64,000 bases of DNA, from contig NW_025766981.1 of assembly GCF_003918875.1 (NCBI RefSeq), positions 620,001 through 684,000 of the forward strand, written 5' to 3'. Made by a program: the position numbers and the translations under genes. The notes beneath the pieces were generated by a model. It was not told where the DNA came from. It saw nothing but the letters and a program-made list of their open reading frames with translations, and did no database searches. This document shows, one piece after another, positions 48,001 to 58,800 of the stretch (positions are counted from its first letter, which is position 1; each line of letters begins with the position of its first letter). This DNA comes from Haliotis rubra (Eukaryota).

Positions 48001-50963
48001 TCATCACATTATAGTAGATTTGAAGTTTTTAAAATTCATTTATTTCACAAGGATATAACATTTTTACTTCAGAGTTTGAAAGTCTGCCAAAAAAGCAATA
48101 AGATATGTGCGAAAATATTTTCATTTTATTTCCTTTTTTTGAGAAAATCATGACTTGAACTCTCATTATGCGTCATCTCACAAACTGAAAATTCACCTAG
48201 GAAATAAACAGGAATTACTCCCCCTATCAAGCTGGCCTTGACATTGACATTTCACGTCAATGTGACAGAAAAGAGTAATGTTTTGATTAAAAAGGCAGAG
48301 AATAGGTAAGAATTGAACAAATCTCTTTTGTAGATCTAAAAAGTATGTGCATTGCAACAAGTGTGACTATTCATTACCGATAAATTGATAATATAAACAC
48401 AAAATACTATTCTTAACTAAAACTGTTTGCTGTTGTAATTTCAAATGTAATTTAGGCTAGTTATTTTTTTTGACAACGTCAAGATTGGTGAACAAACAAG
48501 AACCACACCATGTTGATTTCCACTAACATAGACTTAGGACAAGTCAGAACCTATCCTAGTAATTGTCCTAAGTTAAGATATCCTAGCGCTAGGATACTTT
48601 TCGAGAATAAGGTAGGACACCTATCCTAGACCCTAGGATCAAAGTTAAGATATCCTAGGGCTAGGATCCTTTCGAGAATAGGGGCCCAGAAACGTAGTTA
48701 CAAAGATGTAGCTGCTGAAGTATGGCATCACTCAAGCAAGAGAGTCGGGGAAAGGTTGATTATTGCAAATGTCTTCACACAGATTTAGTCACGAAGATGT
48801 ATACATAGATCTTACATTGAATCATGTCTAGTTGCACATAATTGGCTGTTTGACCATTAAAGTACTGTCGGAAATAGAAACAAAAACTGTTTTTAGGCTG
48901 TTACCCTGTATCCCTAAAATTTACACAACTACCAAAATCAAATGTTGAAATAACCCACATTGGTTCAGTGGGGTGTGTCATAGAATATCCAGAAGTGCAT
49001 GTTTACTCGTAAAATAGGGCAAAACTAAAAAAATACGAATAGCTGCTGAAAACAATAGATGGCAATTAGGTCGCTCAGCCAGGTTTGACGACGGACCGTC
49101 GACTCACCTGGCATGAAATGCACGTGCTACCTACAGGCACAAGGGGTCATCTCAAAGATATTTTATGCTTTTGTCATGTTTATTGAATATGTCTCATCTA
49201 TTTGATTATCATCTTACGTGTCTTTCATAACGTGTATGTTGAGATATGTAAAAGAATATGATACCCATAGGAAAGCTTAAATCAACTATCGTATTAAATG
49301 TCTCAAAATATATAGGTGACAAGACCACCCCAAGATCGACAGGACTGGATATTATTTGTTAATTGTTAAGACATGCCGTTTACTTCCTCCAGTTTAATTC
49401 CCCTAAAGGATTATTTTATCGTAGCTGATATCTCTATGCCCCATGCCAGTACGACCCCAACCACCGTCTGCGACACCCGTCCTGGTTTTGCTTTTGAGAC
49501 AAGCCCTCCTACCTGTTTCTTTTTAAAGTGATAGTGGGGCTCCATGGTAGCTTCATCCTAAATAGTTTCTGTATTAAAGTCGATATGTTTTACGTCAGCT
49601 ATCGTTTATAATGAAGCTAAGTCTAGTTTCAAAATAGGCATTTAAATAGTGTCCTTTGAAATACAATAGCATCGCACACTAATTTGCATAAAGCCATGGT
49701 CTGTTCTAAATAAGTTGCTTTGGACTTAGAAAAAACCGCATTGCTCATTTGAGCACTTATCTCTCCTCAGTAAAGTCCTTTTAACGTTTCCTATCTCCCC
49801 GCCACTGAGACTGTAGTTAGACCGAACTTAGTTTCACAGATATTTCACACTTTCACATTTTAACTTCATAAATGGTAGATATATATGTGATATATATATT
49901 TTTTCTATTTCCGACAGTACTTTAGTGAGCACTATCAGATCATCCATATACCAGAAACCCAATATCAGAATTGGGTGAATGCACAATGTCATGTGATAAG
50001 TTATGAAATGTAACATTTGTTACATTCTTATTCTTACTACAGATTCTAGTACTTTTTGGGGTTGAGTCACATCCGCAGAGTCATGCACCTTGGTGTGCAT
50101 GTTTCCAGCACACCAAGTCAGCCATCTAACCCACTCAGCCAACATGGTTTCCAAGTCGGACAACTGGTAGTCTAGGTCACGTGCCTGACTCTGAAAGTGT
50201 GGGTTCGAATCCCGGATCCGTCTCAACCCAAAGCGAAGTAGAATCTACACTTTACTGAGAAAGTGTAATCCCAAATATAGCAAATGCCCCTTGTTTTGTG
50301 TTTGCCAGTCAGGTTCCAGACAAGGTTCCAATTCTGATTCCTATGTAAATGCCTACGGTCAGCTGTTGGTTTCAGGATCACTGTTTGCCGGAGTTGGGCT
50401 GATCAACATCCTCTCAGAAGGTTTAGGCCTACCAGCTTTCAACCAGATGTATGATGCAACTGTAAAGATATTCCGTGGTTTCGCCTTCCTCGTCTGTGCT
50501 GCTTGTCATTTGTTGGCGATAGTTATCATAGTGTGAGTATATGAATGATCATGGGTACATTAAATTTTCAGGAAAATGTAAAGGATATTTTATTTGCCTT
50601 TTTTTATAAAACCTCTTGTGTCTTCAATGCCAGCACCCGCATTACATAGTGATGACGTCTCACGTTCAAACTTTCCAGTCATGTCCAACATCTGATGTCA
50701 TCTGTGTGACATATCTGTTCTACGTAGTTTCAGTATTGTACAAGGTTTAGTCTTCACTGAATACGACGTTTTACAGCCGAAACATGTTTGTATGTTAGTG
50801 TCGACATACATGTGTTTCGTACTATAAGGACTTTTACTCATCCAGTAAAGTAAACACAACTCTTATATATTTTTTGTCTTGCAGGGTGTTTCTGTGTTTG
50901 TCGCGCCGCACCACCGACATTAATACCTCCATCAATGTTGCCATCAATGACTCCGATCGGTAG
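42070..50963 (+). CDS. SLC46: SLC46-family transporter, copy 5, 475 aa (recent duplicate of copy 4)
   Basis: Exons 42070-43177, 43419-43502, 50376-50532 and 50885-50963; 1428 nt in frame. Intron 2 is expanded to 6.9 kb by TEs. Confidence 0.88.
43515..45101 (+). mobile_element. Degenerate Tc1 transposon in intron 2 of copy 5
   Basis: Left TIR TACACTCTTAAAAAAGAAACG. Transposase remnants at 44192-44915 (IRNRLRE, FSDESRF, GVMVWG, SPDLNQIEH, GGVKRY*). Absent from the copy 4 intron. Confidence 0.8.
45113..45255 (-). mobile_element. SINE family A
   Basis: Consensus match with flanking direct repeat TAGATAAAGAA. Confidence 0.8.
45345..45991 (+). mobile_element. Tc1 deletion derivative
   Basis: N-terminal transposase remnant (DRPRTGRPRVTT..QDR.IR) and right TIR TGCGTTTC.TTTTGTGAATAGTA-TA. 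Same family as 53680 and 63860. Confidence 0.7.
46609..46856 (+). mobile_element. SINE family B
   Basis: ACCCGTGAAGATCC..CATGCTTGTCGTAAGAGGCGACTAACGGGATCGGG..GGAATATTGC..GTTAAACAACAAACC. Confidence 0.85.
46911..47282 (-). mobile_element. SINE with chimeric 5S rRNA/tRNA-like head, Deu/Nin-like core and L2-like tail
   Basis: Minus strand reads GAAGTTAAGCAACGTCGAGCTCGG..CTTGGATGGGTG (5S internal control region), then CACCTAGCTGAAAATGGGTACC, GCGCCTAACAGGCAGCT, and GCGCTATAGAAG..(TTA)n. Absent from the copy 4 intron. Confidence 0.7.
47463..48686. mobile_element. PIF/Harbinger-like MITE, longer copy of the 2038-2802 element in reverse orientation
   Basis: TIRs GGTGCCTATTCTCGAAAG / CTTTCGAGAATAGGGGCC with CTG/CAG flanks. 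The empty site AAGAAGAACTGGAACGTAGTT is at about 37861 in copy 4. Confidence 0.85.
48861..49921. mobile_element. Kolobok-like non-autonomous DNA transposon
   Basis: TIR AGTACTGTCGGAAATAGAAA / TTTCTATTTCCGACAGTACT with TTAA and TTAG flanks. Absent from the copy 4 intron. Confidence 0.75.
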
Positions 50964-51119
50964 TCCCAAGGTCAACGCCATTAGTGACAAGGCGATGTAA
51001 TGGCATTGGATGATGCCTATGAATGGAGAAGACATACGACCAGAGCATAACATGACCTCTTCCGATACAGTCAATGTATAGTAGTCCAGATTACCGTCGA
51101 GCGTCTCCATATTGGAATA

Positions 51120-51301
51120 ATATTTTTTTGTTTTGATTTTTGTGTTGTTGGGGTTGGTTTTTTTGTGTGTGTTTTTTGTTGTATTTTTGTTGTTTTTATT
51201 TGGTTTGGTTTTGTTTTGTTTTGTGTTTGGTTTGGTTGGGGTTGGGGTTGGGGTTGGGGTTGGGTTTGTTTTTGGGGGTTGTTTTTTTTTCTTTTTGGGG
51301 G
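51120..51301. repeat. T/G-rich low-complexity tract including (TTGGGG)n
   Basis: Read directly. A paralogous tract is at 61385-61580. Confidence 0.85.
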
Positions 51302-52006
51302 TATAACAGATGTCTCTGTAAGTATGATAAAGACGGTTAAATAGTGTTGATAACTGAAATTTAAATGAAACGAAATATATGTCACTGGATCCATATTGTT
51401 ACCATATCATGTACACCAACTGCAGAAATGCATCTTGAATTCATCTGTTAATTTCCGTGTAAAGGTGTGTGTTTTTCTAATCTATAAATGCACGTGCACA
51501 GGATGCATATAGACATAAGTGCAGCTCCAATTATTTGTCAACGCCTAAGTCCAGAAATCAACAGTTACATGCTGCGTTAGTTTACGGTTCGGGCGGAAAG
51601 GTAAATATGTAAGCTGCCTTTGGGGGCCAGACAATCGCCAAGTTGCTGTCATGATATCGACATAAACTTCCCCATGATCAATTGTCAGGTGGTTCACTTT
51701 TCCATGACGATTGCATCACCATGGTTCACGAATACCATGAACGAGATATAGAGTCAACCTTCTTATTGAAGAAGTTTCTGTCCTAACTTGCACAAGCAAT
51801 AAACAATCACTGAGCGGTCTGTTCTTATTTACACACTAACATATCAATTTCATTGCATACTATTCCCTTCACGGCGGCTGTAACAACCTTCGACTCCAGC
51901 GTTATACATATCATCAATTTTTTTTGGCCAGCTTCAAATTATGAAATAATGCATTAAAAATCATAAGATATATGTTTTGTGTCTGCATAGTGATTCTATG
52001 TATATC

Positions 52007-52177
52007 GGGGCGGTGGGGTAGTGTAGTGGTTAAAGCGTTCGTTCGTCACGCCGAAGACCCGGGTTCGATTCCCCACATGGGTACAATATGTGAAGCCCAT
52101 TTCTGGTGTCCCCCGCCGTGATATAACTGGAATATTGCTAAAAGCGGCGTAAAACTAAACTCACTCACTCACTCACT
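52007..52177 (+). mobile_element. Full-length SINE family A with TSD
   Basis: TSD TCTATGTATATC. The empty site is in the duplicated segment at about 62645. Confidence 0.9.
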
Positions 52178-52724
52178 CTATGTATATCATACAATGGGCA
52201 TAATGAAAACGTGCGATAGAATAGTTAAACAGTTCAAGTCTATAATCATAGTAGCACCAGTTTTGATACCTGCAATCGAGTTCATATGTCCCCAAACATT
52301 GGGTTATCATAGTCTGGATAACAAAGTGTTCACGTGACTAATGTTATCAAAAGTGTTTAGTCGGCCAGTGTGGTAATTTTCTCCTGGGACGGATGGGTTC
52401 CCTTTGATGGTTAAGCAGGAGACCCGGGTTCGATTCCCCACATGGGTACAATGTGTGAAGCCCATTTCCGTTGTACCCCCACCTTGATATTGCTGGAATA
52501 TTGCTAAAACCGGCGTCAAACTAAAGTAACACAGTCAAATGAAGTTATCGAGACGTCAAGACTGATTATATCACAGAGAACATCTGTAATCTACTAAGTT
52601 GCTTATGAAACACTTCCTATCATTGTCATTATGCACCAAAATACTCAATAAAAGTAGTAAAATCGGTTTTGGTTTCTTATTTGTAAATATTTCAGAGTCT
52701 CAGAGAATAATTCATATATTCTTT

Positions 52725-52887
52725 CGGTGAGGTGATGTACACACTACCTTTGAATATCTCAGGCTCCAGAGCATATCGGCTACTTCAGTATGCTTGTGCT
52801 CCATTCCACACAGGCACTGGTGATTCCATCCACACAGTTGCAAGCAGGAGCCAATGTCCTACACGCCCTGAAAAACACTGACCTCGT
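52725..52887 (+). pseudogene. Relic fragment of SLC46 exon 1 (3' part)
   Basis: Translates to PEHIGYFSMLVLHSTQALVIP..LQAGANVLHALKNTDL, matching PELIGYFNMA..SRQ.LGIP..IQAGAYVL.GLA.T.F. Confidence 0.6.
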
Positions 52888-53078
52888 AAGAGGCGACTAA
52901 CGGGATCGGGTGGTCAGGCTCGCTGACTTGGTTGACACATGTCATCGGTTCCGAATTGTGCAGATCGATGCTCATGCTGTTGATCACTGAATTGTCTGGT
53001 CCAGACTCGATTAGTTACAGACCGCCGCCATATAGCTGGAATATTGCTGAGTGCGGCGTAAAGCTAAACTCACTCACT
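52884..53078 (+). mobile_element. SINE family B (5' part deleted)
   Basis: Starts at TCGTAAGAGGCGACTAACGGG. A full copy is at the duplicated site (63612). Confidence 0.85.
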
Positions 53079-53448
53079 CGTGGAAGACATAGCTGCACTA
53101 CATTACGTTTGGCTTCATAAACGAAATGGTGGGCCACAGATTTCTATTGTTGACGTGTATTGAGTTTGAAAGTGTAAGATGTGATGCTAGAAAGCTGTTC
53201 TTGTACCCGACAAACATCTAGTCTCTAAAATGAAGATATTTACATCATAATCATACAATATAATGAAAAGGGGTCTCGAGATTTTCATTTTCAGAAATAT
53301 AAACTGTGATAATCTAGACTTGCCACATAATCTAGACCTGTTTGGACTTTCTTGGATATTATTGTTTCAGGGTCTGTGTGACGGAGTATTCTTATACCTA
53401 CATGTAAGGGTGCGTGAGCAGACCTACATATTCTTTACTATTTGTTAT

Positions 53449-53680
53449 ACCCGTGAAGATCCGGTTTAGAATTGATCTTCAGTAACCCAAGATTGTCGTA
53501 AGAGGCGACTAACTGGATAGGGTGGTCAGGCTCGCTGGCTTGGTTGACATATGTCATCGTATCCCAATTGCAGGATTGCGTAGATCCATGCTCATGCTAT
53601 TGATCACTGAATTGTCTGGTCCAGACTCGATTAATTACAGACCGCCGCCATTTGGCTGGAATATTCCTGACTATGGCGTA
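53449..53680 (+). mobile_element. SINE family B
   Basis: Consensus match. Confidence 0.85.
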
Positions 53681-54520
53681 AAAAGTGTTAATAACATGAT
53701 TTTACACAATTGCACAAGTAAAACTGTCGACTTCACCTGAAAATGTTGATTTTGATGAGATTTCTTACAAGGATTAAAAAGGCATAGCCACAACGGAACA
53801 GAAATCACTTTCCAGTTGAAATTGTGCAGCAAAGAGCATGCACTGTCTGGCTTTTAAATTCCAGATTACTTTCGGAAACGGGCATTCGTTTTGAAGGAGG
53901 TTCAAGGTCAAATCACTACGCCACTCTTGAATCTGCGACACGGAACATCGCCATTTAAAACGAATGCACGATGGAGATTACCATTCTTCTGTTGCCAGGC
54001 GTCGGATTGTTAGTCTGAGCACGATATCACGGCTTGCAGCTCGTTACAACCAAACAGGTATAACAAATGACCGTCCACGTACGGGCAGAGCTCGAGGCAC
54101 CACTGCAGCCCAAGATCGGAACATCCGGGTACTACATTTGCGTGTTCGTACTGCCACGGGTGAGAGCACAGCAGCCAGGGTGCCTGAACTTCGGAAGATA
54201 TCCGGTCAAACTGTACGAACAGAGATTGGTCTGAGATTGGACTGAGTCCCGAGACCCGACGTCGTCGGCCGTGCTACGTCGTCACCATCGCGTTCAACGG
54301 ATCCGTTATCTAAAATTATCCACTTTTTTTTTTAGACAATATTTTATTCATTTCAGATAGGTATATAAAATTATCCACTTGGTTGTATAGAGTTTTCCTT
54401 TTTCTAAACCGATGTAAAAATTCATGTACTAAAGGCTTTTTGTGGACGAGTTATATATGTTTGAAAATACAACATTTTCGCAACAGATTTCTGGTCTATG
54501 CGTTTCTTTTTGGGATAGTA
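53681..54520 (+). mobile_element. Tc1 deletion derivative
   Basis: ORF 53964-54245 (TISRLAARYNQTG..DRPRTGRAR.TTAAQDR.IR) and right TIR TGCGTTTCTTTTTGGGATAGTA-TA. Confidence 0.75.
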
Positions 54521-54625
54521 TATATTGCACCTTCAATAATTCTTATTCAACATCACCACAGCTTCAATTTCCCAAAATGAGTAGTTGATATCACAATTGC
54601 TAACTCTGATGTATACTCAAGGCAA

Positions 54626-54790
54626 GGGGCGGTGGAGTAGCCTAGTGGTTAAAGCGTTCGCTCGTCACGCCGAAAATCCGAGTTCTATTCCCCACGTGGG
54701 TACAATGTGTGAAGCCCATGTCTGGTGTCCCCCGCCGTGATATTGCTGGAATATTGATAAAAGCGGCGTAAAACCAAACTCACTCACTCT
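54626..54790 (+). mobile_element. SINE family A
   Basis: Consensus match. Confidence 0.85.
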
Positions 54791-54967
54791 TAATTTATTA
54801 TATTTGCCTTTGTGCATATGCAACATATGTGAACAAATATTCCTATTGGTGTCAAAGTACTCTTTCCAATCTCGTGAATGTGGTGTAGAAGACACAGGTG
54901 TCATTCGATTGTGTAATCCCACATTTATCATTTCTTATCTCCATTTTGTGTGCAAAATATATAAATG

Positions 54968-55291
54968 GCATGTATCCAACTAGGGTCCATGCAGGTATCA
55001 AAAATACTGTAAGTCCTTATGGCCCCTGGTATGATTAGCTACCTTCAGTTGCTGGCGATACTCAGCCCGTTTATATATTGTATTGTCCCAATTTGAAATC
55101 TAATTTTAGAGAAAGATCCTAGTTTTAATTCTTGATACTGTGATATTCTAGTTAGTTTTACTGTCCTTCGTTGACAGGTTTTAAAATATGTATACTTATC
55201 ATGAATTTATAACTAGTTTTGGTCACGATATGACTGAAATACTGTCGCTGTGACTATAAACTTTAACTCACTCACTCACTCATTCACTCAC
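54968..55291 (+). mobile_element. 5'-truncated LINE 3' end (same family as 33141)
   Basis: CCATGCAGGT..CTACCTTCAGTTG..GTCACGATATGACTGAAAT..(CTCA)n with flanking TATAAATG repeat. Confidence 0.65.
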
Positions 55292-55817
55292 TATAAATGT
55301 GATACACATAAAGTGTGAAAAGTTATGGATGTCAACAACAACAACAACTCCTTCATTGGGTGAGCTTTCATTTATTTCTTTTCGATCCAGTTGAATCTGT
55401 GCTTAATTGATAAACAAAACAAAACATCATTTCTAACTAGTTGAAATTATGAGCAGCAAACCACTGCATGTCTTGGAAATATATTCAGGTTACATTCCAA
55501 AATGACAAGGCATTCTACAATTCGCACTCAAGATTACTTCATGGTATGTGCCAGCAACACGTTACCCTTACGTCTTTATCACAGCCTATTTAGCAGGTGA
55601 TCATTTCACATATCTACACAGCTTATCGACAATGTTAAAGATGCTGCACCACTGTGACATCACGCAACTTATTATCTCATGTATCACATGGCCATTACAC
55701 GATATATGTTAGGTCAATGGGTTGCGCCATTAAATGCACTGCGCATGTATCAGGGTAACTTGCTGGGGCAGGAGACGCAAGCTAGGCCACAATCTCCTGG
55801 ATGAGCACGGGACAAGC

Positions 55818-58800
55818 ATGGAGTCTTCACCGCTTCTTGAAAACAAGGCTAAAGAAGAGAAGTCTAAGCTAGGAAATCTACTCAAGGCCAACATTGTGTT
55901 TCTTGTTTACCATCTGTCTATCAATGTCCATGATCCAGTGTTAACACAATACCTTTACCAGAGGTACTCCGAGGAGGTGTTCGACAACAGCACAAAGTCA
56001 GCCAGTCCTGCTAATCAAACGTCCAAGTGTTACGTCAATGAGTCGGATCCAGGATACCTGTTACAGGAAAGGGTTCAGGATCTTACTTCCAACTGTCAGA
56101 CAATACTCACAGCTATCGGACACTCTGGAGCACTTATCAGCTGTATGTTCTTGGGGGCGTATTCTGATTTTCTTGGTCGACGTTTTCTCTTCATATTACC
56201 TTTAGTCGGCCAGTCTCTGAAGTATTTATGGATGACACTTGTTATTTACTGGAATCTGGATTTGAAATACCTGTACATTGGCGAGGTGTTTGAAGGTGTT
56301 TCGGGGGGTTTTAACGGTGTGATTCTGGCTAGCTATGCCTACACGGCTGACAATACACCACCTAAAAACTCACGGACAATTGGCATCGCTTTGATAGATT
56401 TCACTACCTACCTCGCAGCTGCAGCTTCCCAAGTTATTACTGGATACTTCATCAAGGACCTAGGTTACCTCTACCCATCTATAACTACGACTTCGCTCAT
56501 GCTTCTGTCACTAATCCTTGTCGTTGTTCTTCTTCCTGAAACTATCAATAAAGATAGAAGATCCCAATATCCATCTCCTGTGAAAGCAGTGAAAACTGTT
56601 TTTGGATTCTACTTTTCAAAAGATTTTGGACAAAGAAGAAGTCTTTTCTGGCTTTCGCTAACAGCGTATTTCATAACATACTTTAGTATGAATGGTGTTT
56701 TCTTCATGGAGTATCTTTTCCAGCTGAACCTGCCTTTCTGTTGGGGACCAGAGCTCATCGGCTATTTCAATATGGCGTTGTACCTTTCCAGACAAATGCT
56801 TGGGATTCCAGTCATCAAACTACTTCATTTATGCACCTCAGACCCAGAGATATGTATCATAACGTCTGTCATTCTGTCCGTATCCTTTGTCCTCAATGGC
56901 GTGGCCAACACAGACGTCATGATCTTCCTATGTAAGTCATTCTACATCTTCAGAAGAAATTATAATAATTATATTAACACTGTTTAGTCTTTGCTATTGT
57001 GTAAAGTGGATTGTTTGTTGCAGCTGTTTTGCCAAATGGTATTGCAGCTCCTTTGTTGCCAGCACTGCGGGCTATCATGTCACGGATGGCCCCTCCTGAA
57101 ATGCAGGGTGAGTATGCAGGTACATTTTGATGGACTTGTCAGGCTTGCAAACAGAATGAAAACATGGATCCTCGTAGACAGATATGTATGGACACGCGTG
57201 CAAGTGTGATAACAATAGAGGGTCCCATGATATCAACAGTCATACGTCATAGATATTACAGATAACCAATCGGACGAAATGCCTATGGTAGTAATGAAGA
57301 GATTTTTTTTTTTTTTTTTTTTTTTAAATTTATTCATTTTAGATACAAATATACAAAGAACATTTTTTTTAAATTTATTCATTCAGGATCAGTAGATACA
57401 AATATACAAAGTACATGATGTGACAGCACTTGTACACCGTAAATGGATTAAGTAATTAAGAGAACTTATCAATCAAATTTACATACTTAACGCAATTTTC
57501 TAATTAGTAGAAACCTTTATTATAAGATCTTAATTATATCTTCAACTTATGGGTCATGGACTCATGGTTAAATAGACTTGATAACGTCTCCATGGTGATC
57601 CTATCTCAGTGGTGACACTCTTTACAACGACAACCACATGCTTTCCAACATGCAAAGGAGAGGCACACGTTCATCTTTTGTGCTGGTATGAGAGGCATAA
57701 CTAGACAAACATTTCGTCTCTGAAATGAACATATTTTACAGAAAAAAACGTTCATAAATAATCATCATAAAATATAAGGAAAAGGAACCCTGAGACTATG
57801 TTCATTATCAGAAACTATGGTAATCTAGACTTGCCACATATTCTAGACTTGCATGGGCTTCCTTGCACATATTTGTTTCAGGGTCTGTATAAGAGACTAA
57901 GGCATAACCATCAATGCGATCTGCACACAGCGAGAATCTTTAACTGGTTTAAAGGAAATCAAGTAAACTGTTCCTATTCTGAAGCTTTACTTAAAGGTCA
58001 CATGCAACTTTACAGATTCTGATACCTTTCGGTATGGACTTACCGAAACAAATCATCAAAAATGCAAATTCAACTTATAAAGTTGAAAAATAACGCGATG
58101 AAAAAAACCGCGCGAAATCGGAGTTCAAACGATTCACTAATTTTCCCCCGACTTTTCGGGGAAACCTGGTTTCAACAGCTGGGCTGCGCTCATAGCACAT
58201 GCGCAGTGAAATAGGTTCGCGCAACTTGGAAGCGGGCTGTCCGGTGAATACTCGGTGAAGGCTTTGGTGTGAGCTATTATCCTAATGTTTTGTTGATATC
58301 TCACAGGCGCGAGCTTCTATATGTTATGACAGTAAATAAACTGTTTATATGATTTCATTTGTCTATTTCACCACACGTTCTTCTTACCGAGTCACTTTCT
58401 CAGTTCGATACTTAAAAGCAATGTCATTATTTAGCGTTGACAGCAATTTCTAACTGTGATATAGATATGTCGTTGTCACAGACAAAACTCAATGTCTTGT
58501 TTTATTGACACCTGTGTGTCTGCCTGCCTGCCTGCTAATGACAATATTCAATACACAACTGCGATCACTGACCACATGCAATTTGAACTTAACACCAATC
58601 AGGCTATACACCATAAACAAAACGCATTGATTTATGGCCCGAGTTCGGTCTCTGTCACATTATGTAATTACACAGACAGGCAGGTGTGATACTTGAACAC
58701 ATGACATGTTATGATGTCTGTTGATTGCAAAATGTTATACACAAAAAATGAGCCTGTATTTACAAAACCCAACATCTCTATATATACACACACAATGAGC

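Noticed and set aside
51071-51394. K/Q/P-rich and hydrophobic ORFs (also 61300-61726)
   Set aside because: They are translations of low-complexity T/G tracts.
52007-52080. tRNA genes at SINE heads (also 34530-34603 and 54626)
   Set aside because: They continue into SINE bodies and tails with TSDs and lack a complete cloverleaf.
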